The notes beneath the pieces were generated by a model. The model was not told the DNA's origin, did not search any database, and saw only the letters and a list, made by a program, of their open reading frames with translations. Positions 23,329 through 35,768 of a stretch of DNA of 64,000 nucleotides are shown one piece after another (position 1 is the stretch's first letter; each line of letters opens with the position of its first letter). A program made the translations under genes and the position numbers. The DNA is from Guillardia theta CCMP2712 (Eukaryota; Protista; Cryptophyta). The stretch lies in assembly GCF_000315625.1 (NCBI RefSeq), contig NW_005434668.1:400219-464218 (forward strand), given 5' to 3'.

Positions 23329-24169
23329 CACAGGAGGGTGAAGTCTAGAGGATGGCAGCTCACATGCACGTGAGGAACGTGTACCGTTGCGAGAGGGAGG
23401 AAGAGCAAGGAGGAGGGAGGGAGGGAGAGGAGGGAGAGGAGGTAGGGAGAGGAGGTAGGGAGAGGAGGTAGGGAGAGGAGGTAGGGAGAGGAGGTAGGGA
23501 GAGGAGGGAGGGAGGGAGTTTCGAAGTTATGGCTCCTTCATCTCCTCCCAGTAGGATCTACTTTTCAGTGGGACGACGATGCGAGAACTCGGGATCTGAC
23601 ACACCAACATGTGAGCAAGAATAAACATGTGACATGTCCTGAAGACACTCCTCTCTCTCCTCCCTTCTCCTCCTTTCCTCTCCTCTTCCTTCCTCTCCTC
23701 TTCCTCCTTTCTCAACACTCTTCGCCCTCGCCCCAGCCGGTTCTACCTTGGAGCAGCAATAAAATCCTAACGGACTTCGAGGAATTCAATTCATCACCAC
23801 AGGGAGCGAGACAAGACTATCATGCCACATGCTATCCTACTCAGAACAGAGCAGCTTCACTGACCTGCTCTTGTCCTCCTTCTCTCCTCTCCTCCCCCTC
23901 CCTCCCTCCCTCCCTCCCTCTCCATTCCACTTGCATTGTCGGAGAATATTATGTCCCCAGGGTTTCTCACAGGAGGTCCTTCTATTTCGAGACAAAAGTT
24001 ATCAGTTGCAACGATTTCAATTTTAATTAAACATTTGTACCAATTATCAACAATGACTAAATTATGGAGTCTCAATAGTACCTTTGCCAACCCACCACCC
24101 ACCTTCCTTTGGAGTACAGATATGGCCATTACGTCATCACCAAAAGCTGTCTTGCAAGCTCAAATCTTG

Positions 24170-24171
<2 letters not shown>

Positions 24172-24228
<57 letters not shown>
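24172..24228. repeat. (CTG)n microsatellite; another copy at ~19090-19128
   Basis: Direct reading of the sequence. Confidence 0.9.
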
Positions 24229-24230
<2 letters not shown>

Positions 24231-24516
24231 CTTCTCACTCCCTCCTGTATCCCACCAGCTTCCAAACTATGCCTATCGTCCTGGTCTTCATTGACTTCCT
24301 CCTATTCTCTGCGCATCGTCGTACCCGCCTGCGACTTGACTTCCTTTTGTCCAAATGGTCGCCACCTCCTGCCAGCCCTGGTCCCTCACACGATCCTCCC
24401 ACCTCCCTGCTCATTCTCGACTGCTCTCGTCACGGGCTCCCCCGACAGCCACTGACAACGATGATAGTCCGTCTGTCTTCCTGCTGCTGCTGCTGCTGGT
24501 GCTGCTGCTGCTGCCT

Positions 24517-25322
24517 TCAAGGAATCTCTTCAGACCGGCTCGCCCTCCTCAGCCTCTGATAGTTCACCACTCGCTGGATGCACCTCTCTGCAAGATCCTT
24601 GGAGATCGAGGAGCTCTGAGACGACCTGCTTCCACTTCGCGGCAGCCCTTGCACCTCCTTCTGCTCGTCTTCCTTGGGCTCGGCCTCCTCAGCAGACGAT
24701 GCGAGGAGGTCGGGGGTGATGACGTCAGCGTTCTTGGCCTTCTCCTCGAACGCTCGCGCGACGTCGTAGATGGTGGGCCGCCGGGCGAACCTCTGCACGA
24801 CGTCGTTGAAGCTGTGAAACACTTCCTTGCTCCAGTCCTTCTCTCCCTCCTTCGCCATCCCATGGCGCGCGTTGTAAGTATCCATGACGATCGCCAGGAG
24901 CATGTTGAGGATGATGAGCGTGACCAGGCAGACGTAGCCGGCGACCCACGTGAAGCCGATGGTGACGGTTTGCTGGTCGAGGGCCTTCATCTCCTGCCAT
25001 GCCGACATGTCGGCCACCAGTAGCTCGAAGCAGGTGACGATGGAGTTGGAGATGCTCGAGAAGGCCTTGAGCTCGTGCCCGAACAACAGCGTCCCCATGC
25101 CGGCGAAGCAGAAGACGATGGTCATGAACACGAGGACGAAGTGGAAGATGTCGGTGGAGGCCGCAGCGAAGGTGTCGAGGATGACGGCGAGCCTGGGCTG
25201 CACGCGAATGACGTCGAGGAACTGGAGGAGGAAGAAGAACAAGTTGAGAGAGCATACGATGCGGTACGACTGCAGGTCGCTTGTCACTTGGCTGATCCGA
25301 TCCTGGAGTTGACGAGTCAGTG

Positions 25323-25362
<40 letters not shown>

Positions 25363-26843
25363 CCAGGGGGGGGGGGGGGGGGAAAAAAAAAAAAAGGTGG
25401 GGGAGAGAGATTGACCTGAACTTCAACCTCGTGGAGGAGCATGCCCTCCGCAACCTTGCTCGTGATCTCTCTCGTCTCCTGCAGGAGACCCAGATGCCAC
25501 CAGAAGGAGAGCACGTATGAGATGATCATGGAAGCGAGTGACAGGAGCTCCCAGAAGGTCGGCCAGCGGCCCTTGAGGACCCCGGGAAGGGTGGAGATCG
25601 TGAGGATGGAGTAGATTGCCAGCACCACATACCAACCAGCATCGCTCAGAGTCGCGTACCCACTGACCTTGTAAGGGTCGAGGAGGATCGAGGCGATGGA
25701 GAACTCTGTCCCGATGTAACCTCCTCGTTCCACGTTGAGTTTCAGGATGGCCTCTGTGAAGACGCTCAACTCTCCGTTGTACAGGCTGACAACGATCTCG
25801 ACCATGTCGGTCTGCCGGTCGATCCAGTGCCTTGCTTCGAGGTACCGGACCCTCTCTGCGACCAGCTTCGCCGCTAGCTTGTCGCTCAGCCAGAACCTGT
25901 ACACGCCGTCCTCTGTGTCGTTCGTGAAACCCTCCGCCGCAGACGTTGCGTCGTGCAGCCCGATAGCTTCCTGGTAGCCTGACGCGTCCAGACACTGCAT
26001 CCCGTCCTCGTGCTTTGCCGGCACGTTCTCGTAAGGAGGGCAGAGAGGAGTACCGTAAGGCTGGTTGTCAGGCTCCCGATCCTTTGGATGGCATTCAGAA
26101 CCATAGAACGCGTCGAGCACATGGATGGCACATGTGGCCGGTCGGGACCTCCGCTGCTGCAGCCTGACGCTGCCAAGGATGCGGTTGTACTGTGAGATCC
26201 TTCCCCAGTCAGCCTGGCTGAGCTGGTTGCCGACATGATCCGTCTGCACAAACGTGGTGGGCACAAAGACGTGCTCCATCCAGTCCCAGAACTCTCCGAG
26301 GCTGTGGATGTCCTGGAAGTGGGATATGGAGAGGTCCTTGCGGTCGGAGAACAAGTAGATGTGCTCCACCGCCCTCTCCACCTCGCACACTCTCGCTACG
26401 TCAACGTGGAACATGACGGAGGAGAAGAACGTTATGGTAAGGAGGACCACTAGAGGGATTCTGATGCAGCTCTCCCTTGTGCGCTTGCTCCTCGACAGGT
26501 ACTCCATGAGCTCTTCTCTCCCGATCTCCAGCTGATCGCGGATGTTCCGAGCAGCTGAAGTTGCTCGTCTGATCGAGCCAGGAGCTTCTCCGTCATCGTT
26601 TGCGCTCGTGGCCACTCGCTGGTACTCCCCATCGCCCAACCCCTGCATCAGGTTGGTCCGGGAATCGAAGTTATTCATGTTGACTTCTTGCCCGTCCATG
26701 TTGACTTGCACGTCTGAAGTTGGTAAGATCCTCCGCGATGAAGCCCATTGTGATGAATTCTCACTCTCCATGACTGCGACAGGCATTTCAGTGTACGAAC
26801 TGGTCGGGGTATTTCGCAAGCTCGTGCGTTGAACAGCCGGCAC
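24517..26843 (-). CDS. Polycystin-2 (PKD2/TRPP)-like cation channel
   Basis: S1 followed by a TOP domain (EFWDWM, NRILGSVRLQQRRSRPATC, YLEARHWIDRQT, SLYNGEL), S2-S6 and LIILNMLLAIVMDTY. Intron 25270-25415 contains (GCCT)n. First ATG is at 26786 or later. Confidence 0.9.
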
Positions 26844-27449
26844 AGCTTGACATTGCTGAGACGATCTACAGTTCTATACTATAACAATGTAAAATTCTTT
26901 CATTAACTCATGCACGATTGCGCTCTACATATGCAGCCACCTATCTCACACCTTTTACTTCTCCCATGTCTGCCCTATATTTCTGTTTGAGGCTATCATC
27001 TTATATCACTTTGTTTCATCTCAATCATCAACTAGCGCGCACAATTGTTCGATCTCTTCACTTTCTTCCGACTTCCTTCAGTTTGATCAGCAAAGCACAT
27101 CCTATTACTCCCGCTTCCCCATGACTGTCATCGTATAGGGCTTCCTTCTTCATCGCGGCTGCATCTCCCTCATCTTTCTCCTCCTCCTCCTCCTCCTCCT
27201 CCTCCTCCTCCTCTCCTTCCACCTCCTCCTCTCCCCCCCCCTCCTCCTCCTCCTCCTCTCCTTCCACCTCCTCCTCTCCCCCCTCCTCCTCCCCTCCCCT
27301 CCCTCAGCTTGTTGCAACTTTCATCTCGCCATTCCCCAATACAAATGACCCCCCCTAAAAAGATTTGCAGGGGTACCACCACCATATACTGCTCATTGCG
27401 GTGGAATGGGGGGGTAGGGGTGACCCTCCATAGTTGAGTAAAAGTCTTA

Positions 27450-27831
27450 GGCCCGTTTCCCGCCGGCTCCCAGATTCCAGATTTTTGACTTTATTCAAAC
27501 TAATTTGAAATTTACCCCGAAATATTCACCGGTGCTTTCAATACATACTGACAGGGGGTGGGTCCACTGCCTGTTCATATTTGATGCTCCCAGCGTACCC
27601 TCCCTACCTTCTAACAATTTTTCTCGATTGAGCTAATAGTATATTTCCATATAGTGCCTGCCCATTCGAAAAGCAAAATCTGGGAAAGTCAACCGCATCG
27701 TTTCATTCTCAAATTAAAATGACTTATAGTTGAGTTCTCCAAAACATTTGGAGTAGAAAAAAAAGAATTTGACTTATATTTGTATGAAAAAATCTGGAAT
27801 CTGGAATCTGGGAGCCGGCGGGAAACGGGCC
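27450..27831. mobile_element. Non-autonomous PIF/Harbinger (Tourist-like) MITE, 382 bp
   Basis: Perfect 34-bp TIR GGCCCGTTTCCCGCCGGCTCCCAGATTCCAGATT at 27450-27483 and inverted at 27798-27831. TTA on both flanks (27447-27449, 27832-27834). AT-rich non-coding interior. Confidence 0.92.
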
Positions 27832-27997
27832 TTAGAGCTTCTCCGGAGTTCCCAGGCTGTTCCCCGGAATCTCAATGGGACTTAGAGGAGATGAGGGCTA
27901 AATAGGATCAGGGTGGGGATGAGGGCTGTTCCCGGAGCCGCCCCGACCGTTGAAAGACCTAGTCACGTCAGCGCAGGCGAACCTGCAGGCGAACGGG

Positions 27998-30900
27998 ATG
28001 GAAGGAGGGGGAGGGGAAGGAGGGGGGGGAGGAGGGGGAAGAAGAGGAGGGTCAGGAGGAGGAGAAGTAGTGGCTCTGAATGAGGCAGGAGGACAGTCGA
28101 AAGCAAACGAGAACACACTGACAGGAACAGTGGTTCGGAGAGGCGGCAGCGACGCGGTCCGGTCAGAAGCAGCAATGGCTTCTGATGTTGATGGGACGGA
28201 CGGTAGCGGGAGTGTTGTCTCATCTGTGTCAAACTTCACTACTCTAGAAGAGGAGATGAGAAGCTCGCTCATAGACCGATGCTTCCGTCAAGCCAAGGAG
28301 GGTGACCTCGCGGGATTCAAAGCCACGTCCCTCACCCTCGTCCTGTGTAACGGGGGGAGGAGCGAAGTCAATTCTATCAAGGATGCCAGGGGCAGGACAC
28401 TCCTGCACTGGGCCGCCCACGAAGGTCATCTCAGCTTCGTCAAGTTCCTCCTCATCGACCTGCTTGCCAACGTGTATGAGACTGACCAGGACGGGAACAC
28501 TGCCGCTGATCTTGCGCGCGAGCAGTACTGGAAGAAGGTCCTGCGGTTCATCGAGTCGTTCGCTGACGCCCAGCTGCGGTACGTCGCGCTCCTCCAGTCC
28601 TCATGCAGGCGGCGCTTGCAGAGGGCTGAGTTTGTGCGGTGGCATGGAGCTGCGTGCAGGGTGAAGTGCCGAGTCGTCGCGCTGCCCTTCAGGAGGAGGA
28701 AGCACGAGACGCTCAGGTTCACGAGCATGTGGTTCCTGAATGGGGAGGAGGGGAGAAAGCTCCTCGTCTCCCCGCTCCAGGCTCGGATACGACGGCTCCT
28801 GCTGTACCAGCACGCGGCAGCTCCAGAGCCATCGGGATGCCGCTATCCCCTGTACCACTTGGCCAAACACGCTGCCCTTGTCGTTTCCTCCTGCGTGAAG
28901 CGGAGGCTGAAGTCGATGCTCTACAAGAGCGCCATAGTGTGGTGCAGGAAGACTGGGCAGCCGCTGGGCTCCATGCTGAACCGCCTGATCGGGAGGTACC
29001 AGAGCTCGAGCAAGCAAGTCGTCTCCCCGCTCATCCGCAACAGGAGCTACATCGTCCACTCCTCCAAGTTCCAGCTGCAGCTGGAGCAAGGGGGAAGCTC
29101 GAGAGAGGCTCAGCTGCAGGTGAAGAGGCAGTTCTTCGAGCAGAAGGCGAGGGAGGCGGAGAGGAGGAGGAGGAGCTCGGTCCGAGTACAGAGGTGGTTC
29201 AGGAGGCTGCAGGACAGGTGGAGAGTGGAGGAGAGGTTGTGGGGGAAGGAGGAGAATCGGAGGGTGGAGGAGGCGTTCTTCAAGAACAAGCTCTTTAAGC
29301 TCTTCACAAACCAGGAGAGGAGCCTTCTGGTCTACGTGGAATGGGGGGAGGAAGGAGAGCGAGGAGGGCTGCGAGGGCTGATTTTCCTGCACATGAAGGC
29401 GACGGAGGTGATGAAGGAGGAAGAGGAGGCGCGAAGGAGCCAACGTCTCCTTGCCCAGCTGGAGTTCGAGCAGCTAGTGGAGAGGAGACGGGCTGCAGAG
29501 AGGAGGAGGAAGGAGGAGGAGGCGGCTGGGCGGATCCAGAAGGCTTGGAGGGGGTGGAGGAGGAGGAAGTTGAAGCACGAGGAGCTGGTGAGGCTTTCCA
29601 ACACGGGATGGATCCTGCGAAAGAAACAGGAGGAGGAGGAGAGAAAGAAGGAGCTGGCAAGGTTGAGTACGAGGAGGGAGAGGAGAGGGGGGGGAGGAGG
29701 GGGAGAGGAGAGGAGAGGGGGGGAGGGGGAGGGGAAGGGGAAAGTAGATGAGAAGGGGGTGAGGCGGGATGACAGAAGGAGAAGAAGGAGAAGAAGGAGA
29801 ACGTGGCGGTGGAGGGGAGGAGGAGGAGGTGGTGGTATTGGAGTTGGTGGTGTTGATGATGGTGGTGGTAGTAGGGGAGGAGGAGGTGGTGTTGTTGTTG
29901 ATGGTGGTGGTAGTAGGGGAGGAGGAGGTGGTGTTGTTGTTGATGGTGGTGGTAGTAGGGGAGGAGGAGGTGGTGTTGTTGTTGATGGTGGTGGTAGTAG
30001 GGGAGGAGGAGGTGGTGTTGTTGTTGATGGTGGTGGTAGTAGGGGAGGAGGAGGTGGTGTTGTTGTTGATGGTGGTGGTAGTAGGGGAGGAGGAGGAGGA
30101 GGAGAAGTCTTCTGACATCTGTGTGCGAGCAGGTTAAAGATCATGATGTACTCCATGAGAGGAGACGCGGAGCAGCGGAGGAGGTGAAGGACGTGATTGT
30201 CGGTTTCCTGCCTCATTCCACGCCTCCCGCAGGCACAAGGAGCAGCTCGAGAACGCGATCTCCGAGTCCATGAGTCGCCGGAGGGAGATCGCAGAGGAGG
30301 TTCAGAGGACGGAGAGAGGTCCGTCCTGCCGTTTGCCTCTTTTCCTTCCTCCTGATTGAGCTTTTTTCTCTTCTCCTCATCCTCCCCCTCCCCTTCCTGT
30401 TCCTCTCTTCTCGTCCTCCTCGTTTTGCTCGTCCTCCTCCTCTCCTCTCCTCCTCCTCCTCCTCCTCTCTCCTCCTCTCTCCTCCTCTCTCCTCCTCTCC
30501 TCTCTTCCTCAACCTCCTCGTCCTCCTTTTCTTCGGTTTGCTCCCTCCTCGCTCCCTTCTCCACTTGCTGTAGATCGGAGAGTCTGCATCGCGGCACACC
30601 GGCACCAGGAGGCCGGCAAGCTCAAGCTCAAGCTCGACAGACTTCGCACGGAGGCTGAGAATCTCCGAGCTGGAGAGCAGCAGAACATGGAGAAGGTGGA
30701 GGCCCTAGAGCAGGTGAAGCTCCTCCTCTGCACCTCCTGCTCCTCCTCTCCCCTCTTCGTTCGCCTCCTCCTCCTCCTCTTGTTCCTGTCCTTCGTCTCC
30801 GTCATCATCATCATCATCATCATCATCCTCGAATACTTTCTGCTTCTCCTCCTCCCATCTCCCTCATCCCCCCTGTACTCCTCCTACTTGGCCCTGACTT

Positions 30901-31226
30901 GGAGCCCCCAGGAGCTCCTCGTGTCCTCCGAGAAAATCATCCAGCTCGACGTCCAGCTCAAGTCTGCTGAGTCCAAGTTGACAGCGAGGAGGAGGAGGAG
31001 GAGCCAGGGGCTGCCGCAGAACTCAACAACCCTCATGCTCATTGAGAAGAGGGAAAGGCTCTTCCTCTGCCGCCACGTCGCCTCCTCCCCGGAAGGAGCA
31101 GCTGCAGTCCTGCAAGGAGCGTGGAGGGGGCACCTGGCAAGGAGCAGGCAAAGGAGGTTGTTGGAGAATTGCTCTCCTCCTCCTCCTCGCTTGTCCCCTT
31201 CCCATCCTTCGATGGCTCATCACTCC

Positions 31227-31293
<67 letters not shown>

Positions 31294-31541
31294 GACTCTC
31301 GTTCGCCCCTCCTGCTCCTTCGTCGCGCCTTCCTCCCTCCTCCTACATTGCCCCAGCTCCTCCCCCTGCCAAATCGACCAGAAATCTGCCAGAGATCAAG
31401 CAGAGGTTTGCGTTCTTCTTCCCCGGAAAGGAAGCGATCATGTCAGGACGAGACGAGGGAGGAAGAGGAGGAGGACAGAGCGGGCGGCAAGACAAGAACA
31501 GCTGGAAACTACCTCACATCACGGCAGACGCGCGACGGTGA
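27998..31541 (+). CDS. Ankyrin-repeat and IQ-motif protein with coiled coils, multi-exon
   Basis: Ankyrin GRTLLHWAAHEGHLSFVKFLL..DQDGNTAADLA. IQ-like motifs LQSSCRRRLQR, VQRWFRRLQDR, IQKAWRGWRRR and LQGAWRGHLAR. 3' exon structure uncertain. Confidence 0.8.
29851..30100. repeat. 42-bp minisatellite, 6 copies
   Basis: TAGTAGGGGAGGAGGAGG recurs at 29869, 29911, 29953, 29995, 30037 and 30079. Confidence 0.95.
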
Positions 31542-31632
31542 ATGAGGAGACGAGAGGAGGGCGTTGCAATCATGTTCGCAGATCTCATATTACTTGCTGT
31601 GTTCTTCACCCTTCGTGTTTCTCATCTCCTCC

Positions 31633-31667
<35 letters not shown>

Positions 31668-31724
31668 CTCCTCCTTAGTCTGTCATTCTTTTCGTGCATC
31701 TTCAATAGTGTACATCATCTCCTC

Positions 31725-34700
31725 TCACGCCTGCGCGAACAATTCTGCCTGCTCCTTCCTCTGCTTCCTCTCTCGCTCCCTCACGATCCCCTTGAGGATT
31801 TTCATCGCCTCCTCTTGCTCCTCGACCTGCTTCTCCGCCGCCTTCAAGGGAATTTTCCCCTCTTCCTCCTGCACTCCTTGTCAGACAGCTCGTAGTTCGC
31901 ATGCCTACAACACCTTCTCCTTGTCTTGCTCCAGCTCCTCCCTCGCCTTCCGCAGCGCCTGCTTCGATACCAGCACCCTCCTCCTCGCGCGCTTGTACTT
32001 CCTCTCCTCTTCAGCATGCGTCTGCCTCCTCGTCTGCCCCTGAAACTCAGCACAGAGCAGGAGGAGGAGAGACGGGGAACCTCGACGAGTTTCTCCCACA
32101 TGCTCTTCGCCTCCTTCATCCCTGCGGGCTCTCGGGCCTCCTTGTGCTCGAGGTGCTTCAGAGCCTCGACGTCTTCCTCCAGCTGCCGTTTCACATGCTG
32201 CAATACAGCGCTCAGCAGCGAACAAGAGAGCGACAGGGCCGAGGAGCGGGGAGGAAACATGAGGGGGGAGGGAAGGTGTGTGTGCGCACGCTCGCACGCG
32301 GAAGAGGAGGAATTGGGAATGCAGGAGAAGGGAAAAGAGGATGGGAGGGAGGGAGGAAAGGGGGGAAGGGAGGGAGGGAGGGAGGGAGGGAGGTAGGGAG
32401 GAAGTGAGGGAAGGAAGGGAAGGCGGGAGGGAGGGAGGAAAGAGAGGAAGGGAGGGAGGGGAGGGAGGGAGGAAAGGGAGGGAGGGAGGGAGGGGAGGAG
32501 CAGCAGACCTTGAGAGCAAGGTCCCGGACAGCGTGCTTCCAGTGAGCGTGACTTGTCGCTTCCTCGTGCTGGGATCGTTCGATCTCAGCAGCCCTCTCGA
32601 GCATCTTCTGGTGGAGCTTCTCGCTGAAGAGAAACGATGAGGAGAAAGCGCGGGCAAACACGCAGGTAGGAGGAGAACATTGAAGAGGTAGGAAGGGGGG
32701 AGGGAGGAGGGAGGGAGGGAGGGAGGGAGGGAGAAGAGAGGAGGGAAGATGGTACAGTAGACCAAGGAGGCCGCAACTATACCTTGCCTTCCACTTCCGA
32801 TCCCTGGCAAGAGCACGATGAACTGCTTCTTGCTCAAATTTCTTGATCTTGGAGTGCTGGGCATGCGCCTCCTCCTCCTCCCGCAACCGACGCTGACGCT
32901 CCTTGGTCCGATCTCTGTCGTCCACCCTACGGAGCCTCTCTAGCACCGCACCATCTCTCTCCTCCCTCGCACTTCCTTGGACAGGAGGAGCAGGAGGAAG
33001 AGGGTTGCTGGCCTCATGCGCTAGGGACTTGCTCGCTCGCCTCCTCTCAAGCGTCTTCCTGGCCTCCTCCTTCCTTCTCTCCATTCTACTTGACAGCAGC
33101 TTCTTCTCGTGCTGCACCTCCTGCTCCCTCTCCGTCTCCCTCCTCTCCTCCCTCCTCTTCATCGCGTCCCCTTCCAGCTCCATCATCTTCCTCCTCGCCC
33201 GCACAGCCTGGTCGAGGAAGGTCTTGCGCAGGAGAGCTTGCTTCTCCCTCTCCGCCGCCTCCCAGTCGCTCCTCGAGCTCTTGACCTTCTCCTCCTCCGA
33301 CTTTCAGAACATGTCAGATCGAGGCTTGCTGTGCGCAAGAACCCATACCTTCTCATGCTTCTGGATCTTCTCCTGCCTCTTCTTCTCCATAAGATGCACG
33401 GCTGCTCTCTCCTTCTTCCTCTGCGCCGCCTCTTCCCTGGATCGCTCCAGATGCTCCTCCAAGTCGGCTTTCTCCTCCTCCTTTACCTTCCTTCTCTCCT
33501 TCGAAACCTCCTCCTCCGCACGAGCCTCCGCCCTCCGCACAAACTGACGTTGAGGTTAAGACCGTCATCCTCACCCTCTACAGTCTCACCTGGGCGCTCT
33601 GCTGCTTATCCTCCTCCTCTTTCTCCTCCTCCTCCTCTTTCACCTTCCCCTGCATGTGCCGCAGCTTCTCCTCTCGCTCGTCCTCCTGTTGATGGTGCTC
33701 CCTCTCCTCCTCCTGGAGCTTCTCCCTCGCCCTCGCCTCCTTTCGATCGACACTCTCAACTTTGGAGATCTGCTTCTCCTCCTCGGGGCCGACACCCTCC
33801 TCCTCTCCACTGGGAAGTCGCTTGCGCCCAACTGCAGGCACAAGAGCCGATACCGCTTCCTCCTCCTGCTTCTCTTTGCCTTCCTCCTTCCTCGCCTCCT
33901 TCCTCTGCGAATGGAACTTCTTTTCCATCCTGCGAGCCGCCTCCATCTCCTCCTTGCGCTGCTGCTCCTGCTCTTCAGCAGCTTCTTTCCTCTCCCTCCT
34001 CTCCTTCACTTCCTGTTGCAGAACGTCTTCACGCTCAGCCTTCGCGTCTTCTCGCATCTCCCGCTCCAGGAACTCTTCATGACCCTCCTCATCCTCCTTC
34101 ACGTGGCGGACATGGCTCTTCAGCGCCTGCCTCTGCGCCTCCTTCACCTCCTCCTGCTTGCGCGAGTCTGCCTTCTCCTCCCTCTCCGTTGCTTTCTCGA
34201 ATCGTTGCAGCTCGTGCTCGTTGCGGTAAACCTCCCTCTCATGCCTTGCCGCTGCCTCACTCTGCAGGTCTCTCTCAAGCGCAAGTCTCCGCTCGAACCT
34301 TGAGGGCAAGGGTGTCAGCGCTCATCAGGTCTGAGGGAGGGAGAGAGGAGGGACACACAAACTTACTGCTCCTCGCTCTCATTGGAGTGCAACGATGGGG
34401 AGCCCGACCCTCTCTCGCTTCTCCTTCCACTCGCACGCATCTGGAACAGGTTTCAGCAAGTAGGCAAGGCCCGAGTTTCAGCTTTGACCTCTCCTGCCAG
34501 ATTCCCGAGACGATCCAGCGCCTTCTGTGCTGCTTCAAGATCCCCCGAAACACTCTCGCCGGAATGGTCTCCTCTCTCTCCATCCTTCCTGCCACTGTAC
34601 CCTTGCGGATCTTCGGCGGCCGATTCAACATCCATGGCAGACTCTTCCAGCGACTGCGGGCCATTGCTGGCGCCTAACAAGGGCATGGGAGAATCGGGAA

Positions 34701-35087
34701 ATGAGGAAAGAGATCCGAAAGCGTTGAACATCTCGCGGCTCTTAGACTCTCGTACCCTGAAAATCACATCATGTCAGGCTCAAGAGCGGGAGGGATCAGC
34801 AGCGGGGTGAATATGAGCAGCACCTTCCGAGGACGCCGACATCTTCTTTGTTAGCAGATGCCCATATAGATGGTAGAAGGATCAGCAGAAGGAAAATGAG
34901 TCGGCAAGCCATGACGGAAGCGCAATTCGTTCTAGGAAGACACTGGTCAACTAGAGCCAAGAGACATCAGCATACAATCGTTCCTCACTTCCTCTACCTG
35001 CGTGTTCTGCTCAGAGTCTCTTCTCCTCCTCTTCTTTCAGCATGCCTCCTTCAAGCCCTGTCCCGCCACCCGCTGCCAGGCATCCAT
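31725..35087 (-). CDS. E/K/R-rich coiled-coil protein (trichohyalin-like composition), multi-exon
   Basis: Charged helical ORF segments (33578..34309, 32780..33540, 32080..32200, 31725..32030) bounded by GT-AG introns. Start is approximate. Confidence 0.7.
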
Positions 35088-35768
35088 GGGAGCTGCTTGG
35101 GTTTCGCTATTTTGGGATAACGGTTTATAACGGTCTGTAACGTCGAGATCCGAGTCACAGTTACGGTTCATCAGTGGCCGCCGCCCGGCCGCCCGGGCGG
35201 CGCCGGGCCTGGCCCAGGGGCCGAGGGACCGGCCGGTGCTCACGTGCTTGAGCCGGGCCCGGCGGGGCCGCCTTGACTCACTGGCTGTTGAGTAAAGAGT
35301 GAGGAGCCCGCGGTTCAAACGTTGAACAGTTCGGAAGGACGAGGCGGCACTCACTGGCCCGCGGAACTTAGATCCGATCAGACTCGCCGCCGAGTCGGAC
35401 TCCCGGGCCGGGCGGCCCCGCGGCCCCTGGCACGGTGGCCGCGCCGCGGGCGTGGCCCGGCGGCCCGGCCCCTGACGGCCGGGTGCAGCCTCACTGACTC
35501 AGGGCACTGACACGCGAGTCGGCCACTGCCACCGTTTGACGGACACCGGGGCGTGACGTTCGGACGGTTACTGGGACTCCCGGACGGTTATGTTATGTAA
35601 CTCGGATGCGACACTTCCCGAATTGCTTTAGGAAGTGATCAAAAATTGCAAACTTGTGTAAGGCTTTGAAATTAATGAGGAAGATTCCAAATCAGAGATT
35701 CTGTCAGAACTCACCTAGGGTTTGACCGCAGCCGACACCATGTAAGTAGCCCTGGCTTGATCTCGCTC

